Assembly (NCBI GenBank): GCA_037442105.1
Contig: JBBIQV010000014.1
Span: 1-60,718, forward strand
Source of the DNA: Nitrospiraceae bacterium
Lineage (GTDB): Bacteria; Nitrospirota; Nitrospiria; Nitrospirales; Nitrospiraceae
Reading direction: 5' to 3'
Length of the DNA stretch: 60,718 nt
The position numbers and the translations under genes were made by a program. Shown here one piece after another: positions 40,203 to 50,105 of this stretch. Below the pieces are notes generated by a model, which made no database searches, had not been told where the DNA came from, and saw only the letters and a list, made by a program, of their open reading frames with translations. Each line of letters opens with the position of its first letter. The stretch's first letter is position 1.

Positions 40203-42263
40203 ATGCTGAACCGATGGTCTGATCAGGCCGCTGAAAAGTTAGAGGGGCTTGACCTGCTGGTATACACCACTCGGCTGATCGGAGCCGAGCCGGAATTGGT
40301 GGTGTGGGGCGGCGGCAATTCGTCCGTCAAGACCGTCACGGCCGATCATCGAGGGCAGGAGACCAGGGTCCTGTGGGTCAAAGGCAGCGGCTCCGACATG
40401 CGCACCATCACCGCGCAGCACTTCACGCCTCTTCGCTTAGACGACCTGCTGTTGTTGCGGGATCGGACGGCTATGACCGATGAAGAGATGGTGGACTATC
40501 AATCTCGTTGCCTGCTGGCTCCGCACGCGCCGAAACCATCCATCGAAACGTTGCTTCACGCCTTTCTCCCGGCCCCCCACATCTACCATACGCACCCGGA
40601 CATGATCTGCGCCCTGACCAACGTGTCGGACAGCTCCACCGTCATCAAACGCGTGTTCGGGGAGCATGTCGCGCTGATTCCGTATCGGCGGCCCGGGTTT
40701 GCGCTGGCGAAACTGGTCGGCGAAGCCTTTCTCATAACTCCGGGCCTCCGGACCATCATCCTGGACAAACACGGGCTGATCACCTGGGGAGACACCGCCA
40801 AGGAGGCCTACCTGAACACCATCCACATGGTCAGCGAGGCGGAGTCTTTTATTCAGCACGCTCTCAACGCTCACCCTTGGCCCCGGAGGGAGCCAAAGCT
40901 CAAATTCTCAATCGATGAACGGCACGAGCGAGCGGCAGCGGTCGCCCTGGCGCTCAGGAGAGCCATCAGCCGGCAGAAACGTATGCTGGTAGCCTTTGAT
41001 GATCAATCAGATGTCCTGCACTTCCTTGACGGCGATCTGGCAAAAGCATCATCCCAGGTCGGCCCGCTGACGCCGGATCACATCCTGCACACCAAACCGA
41101 AGCCGCTCTTTCTTGATGTCCTTCCATCCGATTCACCCGGCGCAATCGGAGGGGTCGTGGAACAGGCGGTCGAAGCCTACCGTTGCGGCTATCAGCAGTA
41201 TTTCGAACGGCACAAGACGCCGGAGACCGTGATGCAGGATCCCAATCCTCGGGTGATCCTGGTTCCAGGCCTCGGGCTGTTCACCTCCGGCAAGGACCGG
41301 CGGGCCTGCCGCATCGCGCACGATCTCTACCTGCACACCATGAAAACCATGATCGCCTCATCGGCGATCGATACCTACACCACGCTGTCGCTGAAGGAGT
41401 ACTTTGAATTCGAATATTGGCCCTTGGAAACTTATAAGCTGACGCTGTTGCCGCCGGAGAAAGAGCTGTCGCGGCGCATCGTCCTGGTCACCGGCGCTGC
41501 TGGTGCCATCGGAAAGGCCGTTGCCGCCCGGTTCGCGGCGGGCGGCGCCGCGGTGATCCTGACGGACATCGACCAAGTAAAGATCGAAACTCTCTCCGCC
41601 GAACTCAATCACCAATTCGGTGAAGAAGTCACTAGGCCCATCGTCATGGATGTGCGCGATGAGACCAGCGTCGCGCAGGCCTTTCATCGGGCTGTGCTCG
41701 CATATGGAGGAGTGGATATCTGCGTCTCCAATGCCGGGATTGCCCGATCGGGATCGGTTGAATCCCTTTCGCTGGTCGATTGGGAGGATTCCCTGGCCGT
41801 GAACGCTACCGGCCATTTCCTCGTCTGCCGCGAGGCCATGCGCCTGTTTCGCCGGCAGGGGCTCGGCGGCAACATCGTGGTGGTCGCCACCAAGAACGTG
41901 CTCGCCCCCGGCAAGGAATTCGGCGCCTATTCGGCATCCAAAGCGGCGCAGGCTCAGCTTGCGCGAGTCTTAGCCCTGGAAGGCGGCGAGTGGGGCGTTC
42001 GGGTCAACATGGTCAACCCCGATGCGGTGCTGGACGACTCCGGTCTCTGGTCACAAGCCATGCGCCGGGCTCGCGCGCAGGCATACGGGATTCAGCCGGA
42101 GGAATTGGAGCGCTACTGCATCGCCCGCAATCTCTTGAAGGTCAAGATTACCGCCCAGGATGTGGCCGAAGCCGTGCTGTATCTGGCATCCGACCGATCG
42201 GCCAAAACGACCGGCGCCATGATTCCCGTGGACGGGGGCGTGAAGGAAGCATTTCCGCGATGA
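40203..42263 (+). CDS. rhaD: Bifunctional rhamnulose-1-phosphate aldolase / short-chain dehydrogenase
   Basis: GGGNSSVK, VKGSG, PSIETLLH, HTH, PDH, EYW.LE; SDR domain TGAAGAIG, NAG, YSASK. Confidence 0.88.
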   Translation: MLNRWSDQAAEKLEGLDLLVYTTRLIGAEPELVVWGGGNSSVKTVTADHRGQETRVLWVKGSGSDMRTITAQHFTPLRLDDLLLLRDRTAMTDEEMVDYQSRCLLAPHAPKPSIETLLHAFLPAPHIYHTHPDMICALTNVSDSSTVIKRVFGEHVALIPYRRPGFALAKLVGEAFLITPGLRTIILDKHGLITWGDTAKEAYLNTIHMVSEAESFIQHALNAHPWPRREPKLKFSIDERHERAAAVALALRRAISRQKRMLVAFDDQSDVLHFLDGDLAKASSQVGPLTPDHILHTKPKPLFLDVLPSDSPGAIGGVVEQAVEAYRCGYQQYFERHKTPETVMQDPNPRVILVPGLGLFTSGKDRRACRIAHDLYLHTMKTMIASSAIDTYTTLSLKEYFEFEYWPLETYKLTLLPPEKELSRRIVLVTGAAGAIGKAVAARFAAGGAAVILTDIDQVKIETLSAELNHQFGEEVTRPIVMDVRDETSVAQAFHRAVLAYGGVDICVSNAGIARSGSVESLSLVDWEDSLAVNATGHFLVCREAMRLFRRQGLGGNIVVVATKNVLAPGKEFGAYSASKAAQAQLARVLALEGGEWGVRVNMVNPDAVLDDSGLWSQAMRRARAQAYGIQPEELERYCIARNLLKVKITAQDVAEAVLYLASDRSAKTTGAMIPVDGGVKEAFPR

Positions 42264-42306
42264 TGGAGAGTTGCGCCTTATCCAACGTGAAGGAGGCAGG
42301 CTTCCT

Positions 42307-44346
42307 GTGAACCCAACAGACTCAGACCGGAAGAAGAGAGTGCTGTTCTATTGCCAGCACCTGCTGGGAATGGGCCACCTGATCAGAAGCCTCGCAATTC
42401 TGGAGAAGCTGAGGGACTTTGAGGTCCGATTCATCAACGGCGGCGAAGTGGCCTCGGACATCGAGGTACCGTCCTTCGTTCAGGTCGTGAATCTGCCGCC
42501 CTTGCATTCGAAACCTGATCTCAAGGGGCTTCACACGGCCAGTGACTCCGCAAGCCTGGACACGGTGAAAGAAATCCGGAGAAGGCTGCTTCTCGACGAG
42601 TTTGAGCGATTCCAACCTCACGCGTTGGTGATCGAGCTGTTCCCATTTGGAAGGAAACAGTTCGCCTTCGAACTCATTCCCGTATTGGCGAGAAACCGCT
42701 TGAACGGCAAACCGACCACCGTCGTCTGCAGCCTCCGGGATATCCTGGTCAGCAAAAGCGACCCGACTCGCCATGAGGAGCGGTGCGTGCGGTTCGTGAA
42801 CCGGTATTTTGACGCAGTCCTCGTGCACTCCGACCCTACGTTTCAGATACTCGACGAGACGTTTTCGAGGACGGCCGATCTCGAATGTCCGATCCGGTAC
42901 ACCGGATTCGTCGCGCGGGAGGTCGGGCCCGCGCAGCCGCAGGCCGGCGAGCAAGCTTCCGTCGGAGATCCGGAGACCCCGGTGATCCTGGTGAGCGTCG
43001 GAGGTGGACGCGTCGGGTACGAACTGGTCGCATCATCGATCCAGGCCAGTTCTATCCTGTACGCCGCGCTCCCCCACCGCCTGCTGGTGTTTACTGGACC
43101 GTATATGCCGGAGACGCACATTGCGAGCCTCGAGCAACTTGCCGCGGGCCGGACACATGTGATACTTCGGCGATACACGGCAGAGTTCCCCTCTCTGTTG
43201 GAAAAGGCCGACCTTTCAATCTCTATGGCCGGTTACAACACCTGTATGGACCTCCTCACGACCGGAGTTCGGGCGCTGGTGCTGCCATTCACCGCCCAAG
43301 GGAACGATGAGCAAATCATGCGGGCCCAAAAATTGGAGCGCCATGGGATAGTGACCGTCCTTGACCCTGTTGATCTTGAGCCCCACACCTTGGCTCAGAA
43401 GATGGCTTCTCTCCTCCGGTCGGATCGGCCGGACCCCACGGTAGGCCTCGATACTAACGGCGCGCAACAAACCGCCGATCTCATCGCAAAACTGCTCACC
43501 CATCACGACGCGCCAGGCTTGCAGATCTCGGAGGGGGCTGTCTCCGTTCACACCCCACCCTGGCGGCAGAGGTTGGAGGCATTTCTTGAGCAACAACGTG
43601 AAACCGGGTCCGAGGTGATGCATCTCTTCCTGCGCGATGACGATGTGGACGAGGATGAAGAGTCCTTGCGCCGGCTGTTGGATATCACCGTCTCCCGATG
43701 GATCCCGGTCAATCTCGAAATTATCCCCGGCAGGCTGACGGAATCCGGCATCACAGTATTGGACACCTATGCGCGTTCCCTCCCGGGACTGTTCGAACTC
43801 CATCAGCACGGCTGGCAACATGCGAATCACGAGCCAGAGGGGAAGAAATGCGAGTTCGGGCCCAGTCGCCCATTTCATGAGCAACTTGACGATATCCGAA
43901 AGGGCAAGGAACTGCTCGACAGGGTGTTCAAAGGTTTGGTTTACCCAGCCTTCACGCCGCCCTGGAACCGATGCACGCCCGATACCTACAAGGCTCTCGA
44001 TGACTTGGGCTTCCTCGTCCTGTCGAAGGACCACGCGGTACAGCCGATGACCGGTTACCGGTTTCGCGAACTCTCCACGACCTTGGACCTCTATCGGTGG
44101 AAAGGCGGCCCCGCCATGAAAGCCCCGGACGAGATCGTCACCGTACTGATCCAACAACTGGCGGACGGCCTGAGCCCTATCGGCCTGCTCTTGCATCACA
44201 AGGTCATGGACGATGCCGCCTTTTCCTTTCTGGACGACTTGCTGGCCGTCCTGGCGGCTTCACCGCTCATTCGCTGTCATTCGTTCCACGGCCTCATGGC
44301 GGAACTTGAACGACAGGACCTTCAACTCCAAGGAGTCCGACCGTGA
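42307..44346 (+). CDS. COG4671-type glycosyltransferase fused to a polysaccharide-deacetylase-like domain
   Basis: YCQHLLGMGHLIR...SMAGYNT, followed by FLRDDD, HQHGWQH.NH, FTPPWNR and GLLLHH. Confidence 0.85.
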   Translation: MNPTDSDRKKRVLFYCQHLLGMGHLIRSLAILEKLRDFEVRFINGGEVASDIEVPSFVQVVNLPPLHSKPDLKGLHTASDSASLDTVKEIRRRLLLDEFERFQPHALVIELFPFGRKQFAFELIPVLARNRLNGKPTTVVCSLRDILVSKSDPTRHEERCVRFVNRYFDAVLVHSDPTFQILDETFSRTADLECPIRYTGFVAREVGPAQPQAGEQASVGDPETPVILVSVGGGRVGYELVASSIQASSILYAALPHRLLVFTGPYMPETHIASLEQLAAGRTHVILRRYTAEFPSLLEKADLSISMAGYNTCMDLLTTGVRALVLPFTAQGNDEQIMRAQKLERHGIVTVLDPVDLEPHTLAQKMASLLRSDRPDPTVGLDTNGAQQTADLIAKLLTHHDAPGLQISEGAVSVHTPPWRQRLEAFLEQQRETGSEVMHLFLRDDDVDEDEESLRRLLDITVSRWIPVNLEIIPGRLTESGITVLDTYARSLPGLFELHQHGWQHANHEPEGKKCEFGPSRPFHEQLDDIRKGKELLDRVFKGLVYPAFTPPWNRCTPDTYKALDDLGFLVLSKDHAVQPMTGYRFRELSTTLDLYRWKGGPAMKAPDEIVTVLIQQLADGLSPIGLLLHHKVMDDAAFSFLDDLLAVLAASPLIRCHSFHGLMAELERQDLQLQGVRP

Positions 44347-46205
44347 ACACGATCGGCGCCGTTCGCTTCCGACAAATCCTGAAAGCCCAGATGGGCCGGA
44401 TGAAGGGCAGCTTGTGCCTCGCGGCCTTGTGCCTCCTCGGCGTCACTCTGACTGAGCTTTTGGCACCGTGGCCGCTGAAACTGATCTTTGACTACATTCT
44501 TTTAGCCAAACCCCTTCCTGCCTCCTTCTCCTTCCTTCACGATATCGTGCAGGCGGGACCGGCCATTTCCCTGACCGTCCTCTCGCTCTCCATCGCCGCC
44601 ATCGCCGCCCTCAACGGGGGCTGTTCCTACGGACAGATCTATGTGACCTCGAAAGTCGGGTATTGGCTCGTGTACACCATCCGGCGCGAGCTGTTCTCGC
44701 ACCTCCAACAGCTTTCTCTCTCTTTTCACAACCGCGCCCAATCCGGCGAGCTACTCACCAAACTGGCCGGCGATACGACGACGCTGCGGGAAGTCTTCAC
44801 CGACTGGGCTCTCACGACGACCGCTCATGTGCTGACCGTCCTGGGCATGTTCGTCATCATGTTTCTGGTGAATTGGAAGCTGAGCCTCCTGGTTGCCGCC
44901 ACCTTTCCGCTGCTGCTGGCGGTCCTGTACGTGCTCAACCGGAAAATCAAGAAGAGCGTGCGCACGCAGCGCAAACAAGAAGGCCGAATCGCCACGCGGA
45001 TCACTGAAGTCATGTCGTCGATCGCGCTGGTCCAAGCCTTCGGCCGCATGGAGTATGAAGAAGATCGGTTTGAGGCCGAAAGCAGCCGGCACTTGGCGGC
45101 GGGCATTCAAACGGCCAGGGCGCGGGCTGCGGTCACAAAGACGGTGGCCTTGATCAGCGCCCTTGGTACCACAGGCACGGTCCTCTTCGGCGCATGGCAG
45201 GTTCTTGCCGGGGTCATGACCCCGGGAGATCTGCTCATCTTCGTCGCGTATTTGAAAGGCCTCTACAAGCCCGTTCGCGACCTCGCCAACCTGTCGGCCA
45301 AATTTTCGCGAGCGATGGTCAGCGTCGAGCGGATCAGCGAATTGCTGAGCTACGAACCGGAGATTTGCGACATCCCTCACGCCGTTCGTGCTTCCCGCCT
45401 CGCCGGAGACGTCCGGTTCGAGGACGTGTCGTTCGGATATGGCACAGACAAGAAGGTTCTCCACCACGTGTCGTTCCATATTCGCCCGGGCCAACGGGTG
45501 GCCTTGGTCGGAGTCTCCGGAGCCGGCAAATCGACGATCGTGAACCTGCTTCTTCGACTCTACGATCCACAGGAGGGCACTATCCGCGTGGATGAGATCC
45601 CGCTCACCGGCTACAATCGTGAGTCCCTCCGACGCGAAATCGGCATCGTGCTCCAGGATACCGTGCTGTTCGGCGCGAGCATTCGAGAGAACATCTCCTA
45701 CGGGAAGCCCGAAGCGACGTCGCAGGAAGTCGAGGAGGCCGCTCGCTTGGCCCATATTCACGACTTCATTACGGCGTTGCCGAACGGCTACGAGAGCCTG
45801 GTGGGTGAGCGCGGTTGCACCTTATCGGGTGGCCAGCGGCAGCGGATTTGCCTGGCTCGGGCGCTCCTCAAACAACCGTCGATCTTGATCATGGACGAAC
45901 CGACTGCGGCGCTGGATGCGATTTCGGCGTTTCAGATTCGTGCCATCATCGCGCGCGCCCAGAAAGGCAAAACAACCATCGTGATTTCTCACCAATTCTT
46001 CGCCATGGACCAGTTCGATCAGATCCTGGTCCTCGATCGCGGCTCGCTGGTTGAGCAAGGCACGCACGCGCAACTGCTGGCCAGGCAAGGCCTGTATGAG
46101 CGCCTGTTTCGGCAGCAGATGACGACGCTACAGTTCACCCATGAAGAGGATGCGTTGAGATCGCTCGAACATGAAGCTGAGAAGGAGACCAAGAATCATG
46201 CTTAA
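44343..46205 (+). CDS. ABC exporter (fused TMD + NBD)
   Basis: Six-TM-like N-half; GVSGAGKS, LSGGQRQR, IMDE. Confidence 0.93.
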   Translation: MNTIGAVRFRQILKAQMGRMKGSLCLAALCLLGVTLTELLAPWPLKLIFDYILLAKPLPASFSFLHDIVQAGPAISLTVLSLSIAAIAALNGGCSYGQIYVTSKVGYWLVYTIRRELFSHLQQLSLSFHNRAQSGELLTKLAGDTTTLREVFTDWALTTTAHVLTVLGMFVIMFLVNWKLSLLVAATFPLLLAVLYVLNRKIKKSVRTQRKQEGRIATRITEVMSSIALVQAFGRMEYEEDRFEAESSRHLAAGIQTARARAAVTKTVALISALGTTGTVLFGAWQVLAGVMTPGDLLIFVAYLKGLYKPVRDLANLSAKFSRAMVSVERISELLSYEPEICDIPHAVRASRLAGDVRFEDVSFGYGTDKKVLHHVSFHIRPGQRVALVGVSGAGKSTIVNLLLRLYDPQEGTIRVDEIPLTGYNRESLRREIGIVLQDTVLFGASIRENISYGKPEATSQEVEEAARLAHIHDFITALPNGYESLVGERGCTLSGGQRQRICLARALLKQPSILIMDEPTAALDAISAFQIRAIIARAQKGKTTIVISHQFFAMDQFDQILVLDRGSLVEQGTHAQLLARQGLYERLFRQQMTTLQFTHEEDALRSLEHEAEKETKNHA

Positions 46206-47448
46206 GGCAGTATGGCCATACGGAACCATCGCCGCCGTGATCCTGACCGTGGGGGGATACCTGGCGCTTACCGGCGAGGAGAAGGTTCCTATCCGGTATA
46301 AGACGATGCCGGTCACCCGCGGCACGATCGCGTCCGGCGTGACCGCCACCGGGATGATCAACCCCGTGCTCTCGGTGCTGGTCGGCGCCCAGGTGACGGG
46401 AAGGGTCAAGAGCCTCCACGCTGATTTTAACTCCGTGGTCAAGGCGGGCGACATCATCGCGGAGATCGACCCGGCCGTGTACCAGGCCCGCCGGGACCAG
46501 GCCGCGGCGAATTTGGCGACGGCGCAGGCCTCGGTCGCCAACGCCTCGGCCACGATGGCGCAACGGAAACGGGAACTGGATCGAGTCTCCAGGCTCCTCG
46601 AACAGCAGTTTGTGTCGCAGAACGAGGTGGACTTGGCTGTCACGCTGCATCAAGGAGCCGTCGCGCAACTGGAGGTCGCACACGCGCAGGTCAAGCAAGC
46701 GGAAGCGCAATTGCGAGCCGCGGACCTGGACCTGAAATACACCGTGATTCGCGCGCCGGTCGATGGGATCGTCATCGCCCGCAATGTGGAGGTGGGGCAG
46801 ACCGTCACGTCCGGCTTTCAGACCCCCAACCTGTTCTTGATCGCGCAAGATTTGGCCCGCATGCAGATCGACACCAGCGTCAGCGAAGCGGATATCGGCG
46901 GGATCACCATAGGAAACGCGGCCTCGTTCACCGTGGATGCCTATCCATCCGAGGAATTCACGGGAACCGTCAAACAGGTTCGCTTGGCCCCGGTGAACAT
47001 CCAGAACGTCGTCACCTATAACGTCGTCATCGAAGTGGACAACCATGACTTCCGATTAAAACCGGGCATGACGGCTCATGTCGTGGTGACGGTCTCGAAG
47101 AAGGACGATGTCTTACGAGTGCCGAGCGCCGCTCTCCGGTTCACCCTTCCCGCCCCGGATCGTCCGGCACTCGCCTCCAAGGCCGCCGGTTCCCCTGACT
47201 CCCGCACCGAGGCCGGCGTTCCATCCAAACGCGTTTGGAAGCTCGGATCTTCAGGTACGCCGGAAGCCGTCACGGTTCGACTCGGAACGTCCGACGCTCA
47301 GTATGTAGAAATATTGGAGGGGTCGTTGAAGGAAGGAGAGGAGGTGCTGATCGGCATGGAAGCTTCACGGCATAAAAAAGCCGATCCACTCCCTCCAGGA
47401 TTTAATCCGACACAGAAGCGAGGAAAGTCCCGTGATGGAGGCCTGTAA
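46198..47448 (+). CDS. MacA-like periplasmic adaptor
   Basis: VGAQVTG, IRAPVDGIV, VSEADIG, LKPGMTA. Confidence 0.9.
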   Translation: MLKAVWPYGTIAAVILTVGGYLALTGEEKVPIRYKTMPVTRGTIASGVTATGMINPVLSVLVGAQVTGRVKSLHADFNSVVKAGDIIAEIDPAVYQARRDQAAANLATAQASVANASATMAQRKRELDRVSRLLEQQFVSQNEVDLAVTLHQGAVAQLEVAHAQVKQAEAQLRAADLDLKYTVIRAPVDGIVIARNVEVGQTVTSGFQTPNLFLIAQDLARMQIDTSVSEADIGGITIGNAASFTVDAYPSEEFTGTVKQVRLAPVNIQNVVTYNVVIEVDNHDFRLKPGMTAHVVVTVSKKDDVLRVPSAALRFTLPAPDRPALASKAAGSPDSRTEAGVPSKRVWKLGSSGTPEAVTVRLGTSDAQYVEILEGSLKEGEEVLIGMEASRHKKADPLPPGFNPTQKRGKSRDGGL

Positions 47449-48169
47449 TTCTCAGCCTTCGCGTGCGTTGATCCGGTGTGAGGACTTGTGGAAAACCTAT
47501 CAGGTCGGCCTCCATCCGGTCCATGCGCTGTCCGGTCTGAGCTTGGACATCGAACGAGGATCGTTCGTGGCCATTATGGGAGCGTCCGGTTCAGGCAAAT
47601 CCACCCTGATGAACATCATCGGATGCTTGGACAAGCCGACGCGGGGGAGCTACTTTCTCGACGGGATCAATGTCGCCCAAGCATCCCCTGACGACCTGGC
47701 CGAGACGCGGAATCGCGGCATCGGGTTCGTCTTTCAGAATTTCAATCTGATTGCGAGGACCAGCGCATTGGAGAACATCCAACTGCCCCTGTTCTACCAA
47801 GGCATGCCGGTTCGAGACCAACGGGCAAAGGCCAAGGACGCACTGGCACGGGTCGGCCTCACCGGGCGCGAGCACCACTATCCGGCTCAGTTGTCCGGAG
47901 GCCAACAGCAACGGGTGGCCATCGCCAGGGCATTGGTCACATCTCCTTTGATGGTGCTCGCAGATGAACCGACGGGCAACTTGGATACGCACTCCAGCCA
48001 TGAAGTGATGAAACTCTTGAGGAACCTCAATCAACGTGACGGCCTCACCGTGATCATCGTCACCCACGAAGCGGATGTCGCCGCTTATGCCGATCGCGTC
48101 ATCCAGGTCAAAGACGGCCGGATCGTTCAGGACCATCCGGCTTCTCCTACGCTTGTCGCGCAGTCGTAA
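47435..48169 (+). CDS. MacB/LolD-type ABC ATPase
   Basis: [26 protein letters not shown]. Confidence 0.93.
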   Translation: MEACNSQPSRALIRCEDLWKTYQVGLHPVHALSGLSLDIERGSFVAIMGASGSGKSTLMNIIGCLDKPTRGSYFLDGINVAQASPDDLAETRNRGIGFVFQNFNLIARTSALENIQLPLFYQGMPVRDQRAKAKDALARVGLTGREHHYPAQLSGGQQQRVAIARALVTSPLMVLADEPTGNLDTHSSHEVMKLLRNLNQRDGLTVIIVTHEADVAAYADRVIQVKDGRIVQDHPASPTLVAQS

Positions 48170-48172
48170 TCT

Positions 48173-49414
48173 ATGGGACCTCTACGGATCATCTTTCACA
48201 CGACGCTGTCCGCCACGCGGATTCTTCAGCGCCATCGGCTCAGGACCGGCCTGGCCATGCTGGGCATCATCATCGGGGTCGGCGCGGTCATCGCGTTGGC
48301 CGGCATCGGACAAGGCGCCAAAGCCACCATCAACGCGCAGGTGGCCAGCATGGGCACGAACGTCATCATCATCGTGCCGGGAGCGACTTCGGCAAGCGGC
48401 GTCCGCGGCGGACAGGGCGGTGCCGTCACGTTGAGGATCAGTGATGCCCTCGAGATGAAAGCCAGAATCCCGCAATTGGCCGAAACAGCATGGGCGAAGA
48501 GAGAACAGATCCAGATCGTTCACGGGAATCAGAACTGGAATACCGCCGTCAAGGCCATCTCTCCTGGCTATTTGACGATCAGGGATTGGACGTTCAGTGC
48601 CGGCGGGCCCATCAGTCAGACGGACATGGACGCAACGGCCCGTGTTGCCTTGTTGGGGCAAACTGTTGTGGACAACCTTTTTGCCCCCGGCGAGGAACCC
48701 ATCGGCACGACGATTCGAATCAAGAACGTTCCCTTTCAGGTGGTCGGCGTGCTGGCCCCCAAAGGACAGTCCTCCCAGGGCAACGACCAAGACGATATCG
48801 TCTTCGTGCCGTTTTCAACTGGCGAACGAAAAGTCATGGGGACGGCGTTTCCCGGTTCAGTCAGCCACATCTACGCGTCGGCGAAGCGACCGGAAGACCT
48901 GGCCGAAGCCGTCGAGGCGATTCGGCAGCTTCTCCGCGTCCGGCACCGGCTTCAACCCGACCAGCCGGACGACTTCACGATCCGCACTCAAGCGGATATC
49001 GGCAAGGTTCGAGAAGAAGCGAACCAGACCCTGATCGTCATGCTGTTCGCCGTGGCTTCGATTTCGCTCCTGGTCGGCGGGATCGGCATCATGAATATCA
49101 TGCTGGTGCTGGTGACCGAGCGAACCCGCGAGATCGGAATCAGGATGGCCGTCGGCGCAAAACGCCGGCAAATCCTGTTGCAATTTCTTATCGAGGCCAT
49201 CTTGATGAGTCTCGCCGGAGGGCTGGCAGGGGTCGGATTCGGCATCACGAGCGCACGTGTCGCCACGGCGTTTGCCGGCTGGCCGACCATCGTGACCCCC
49301 GATTCCATCCTGTTGGCGGTCTGCTTTTCGCTCGCCGTCGGGCTGTTTTTCGGCCTCTATCCGGCCAACAAAGCGGCTCGCCTCAACCCGATCGACGCCC
49401 TGCGCTACGAATGA
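48173..49414 (+). CDS. MacB-type ABC permease
   Basis: LGIIIGV, VGGIGIMNIML, ERTREIGIRMAVGA, PIDALRYE. Confidence 0.93.
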   Translation: MGPLRIIFHTTLSATRILQRHRLRTGLAMLGIIIGVGAVIALAGIGQGAKATINAQVASMGTNVIIIVPGATSASGVRGGQGGAVTLRISDALEMKARIPQLAETAWAKREQIQIVHGNQNWNTAVKAISPGYLTIRDWTFSAGGPISQTDMDATARVALLGQTVVDNLFAPGEEPIGTTIRIKNVPFQVVGVLAPKGQSSQGNDQDDIVFVPFSTGERKVMGTAFPGSVSHIYASAKRPEDLAEAVEAIRQLLRVRHRLQPDQPDDFTIRTQADIGKVREEANQTLIVMLFAVASISLLVGGIGIMNIMLVLVTERTREIGIRMAVGAKRRQILLQFLIEAILMSLAGGLAGVGFGITSARVATAFAGWPTIVTPDSILLAVCFSLAVGLFFGLYPANKAARLNPIDALRYE

Positions 49415-49489
49415 GCCTTCTGCTCACCCCTTGCCTCTCGCCCCGCGCCTCTTGCCTGTCGTGAAGGACGCGCGGTCGACCAGCAGGGT

Positions 49490-49963
49490 TCAAGGAATCT
49501 GGCTGAGGTTGGGAAAAGCCGGCCCATCCTCATCAAACTCGGCGGGCAACGGGGTTTGCGGCAACGGCGGGGTTTGCAAGATGGACATGGACTGGATGGT
49601 GGATTGAATCAGCGGCAAGGGCGCGGCCTGTCGAGGAGGAGAAGGGAAACGAACCCCGGTTCCGCTTTGGTTGGCGCCTTGGATCAGGCCGATCGTGAGG
49701 TTCGGGCCCAAGGTCATCAGCGCCCCGCTCCAGCTTTGTCCGCCCGGCGTACTGAAGCTGTATGATTGAAAAAAATCACGATTATAGGTCCAGCCCTGCG
49801 TACCTTGGGCGTCTATGTAAAAGCGACCGAGCCCGACCAGTTCAAAGAACGGTGCAATGCCGCCGTCCAAGCCACGTATTCCGGAGACACCCTGGGCTGA
49901 GACCACCGAATGCACCATGAGGATGACAACGGTCAGAGCAAATCGTATGATCATGGCTCGCAT
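49490..49963 (-). CDS. Exported hypothetical protein
   Basis: Signal-like N-terminus and Pro-rich tail; no family recognised. Confidence 0.55.
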   Translation of the reverse strand: MRAMIIRFALTVVILMVHSVVSAQGVSGIRGLDGGIAPFFELVGLGRFYIDAQGTQGWTYNRDFFQSYSFSTPGGQSWSGALMTLGPNLTIGLIQGANQSGTGVRFPSPPRQAAPLPLIQSTIQSMSILQTPPLPQTPLPAEFDEDGPAFPNLSQIP

Positions 49964-50105
49964 GGCATCGACTCCTTCTTTTCCGAAAATGCGCGCCTAC
50001 GTTGCAAGAACGGCTTCTCGCGGGCTACTCTTACCGTCTTCCAGGACAATTCAAATTCGGGCTTCATTCTAAATGAATACGCTCACCGAACTCAAGGGGG
50101 ATCAC

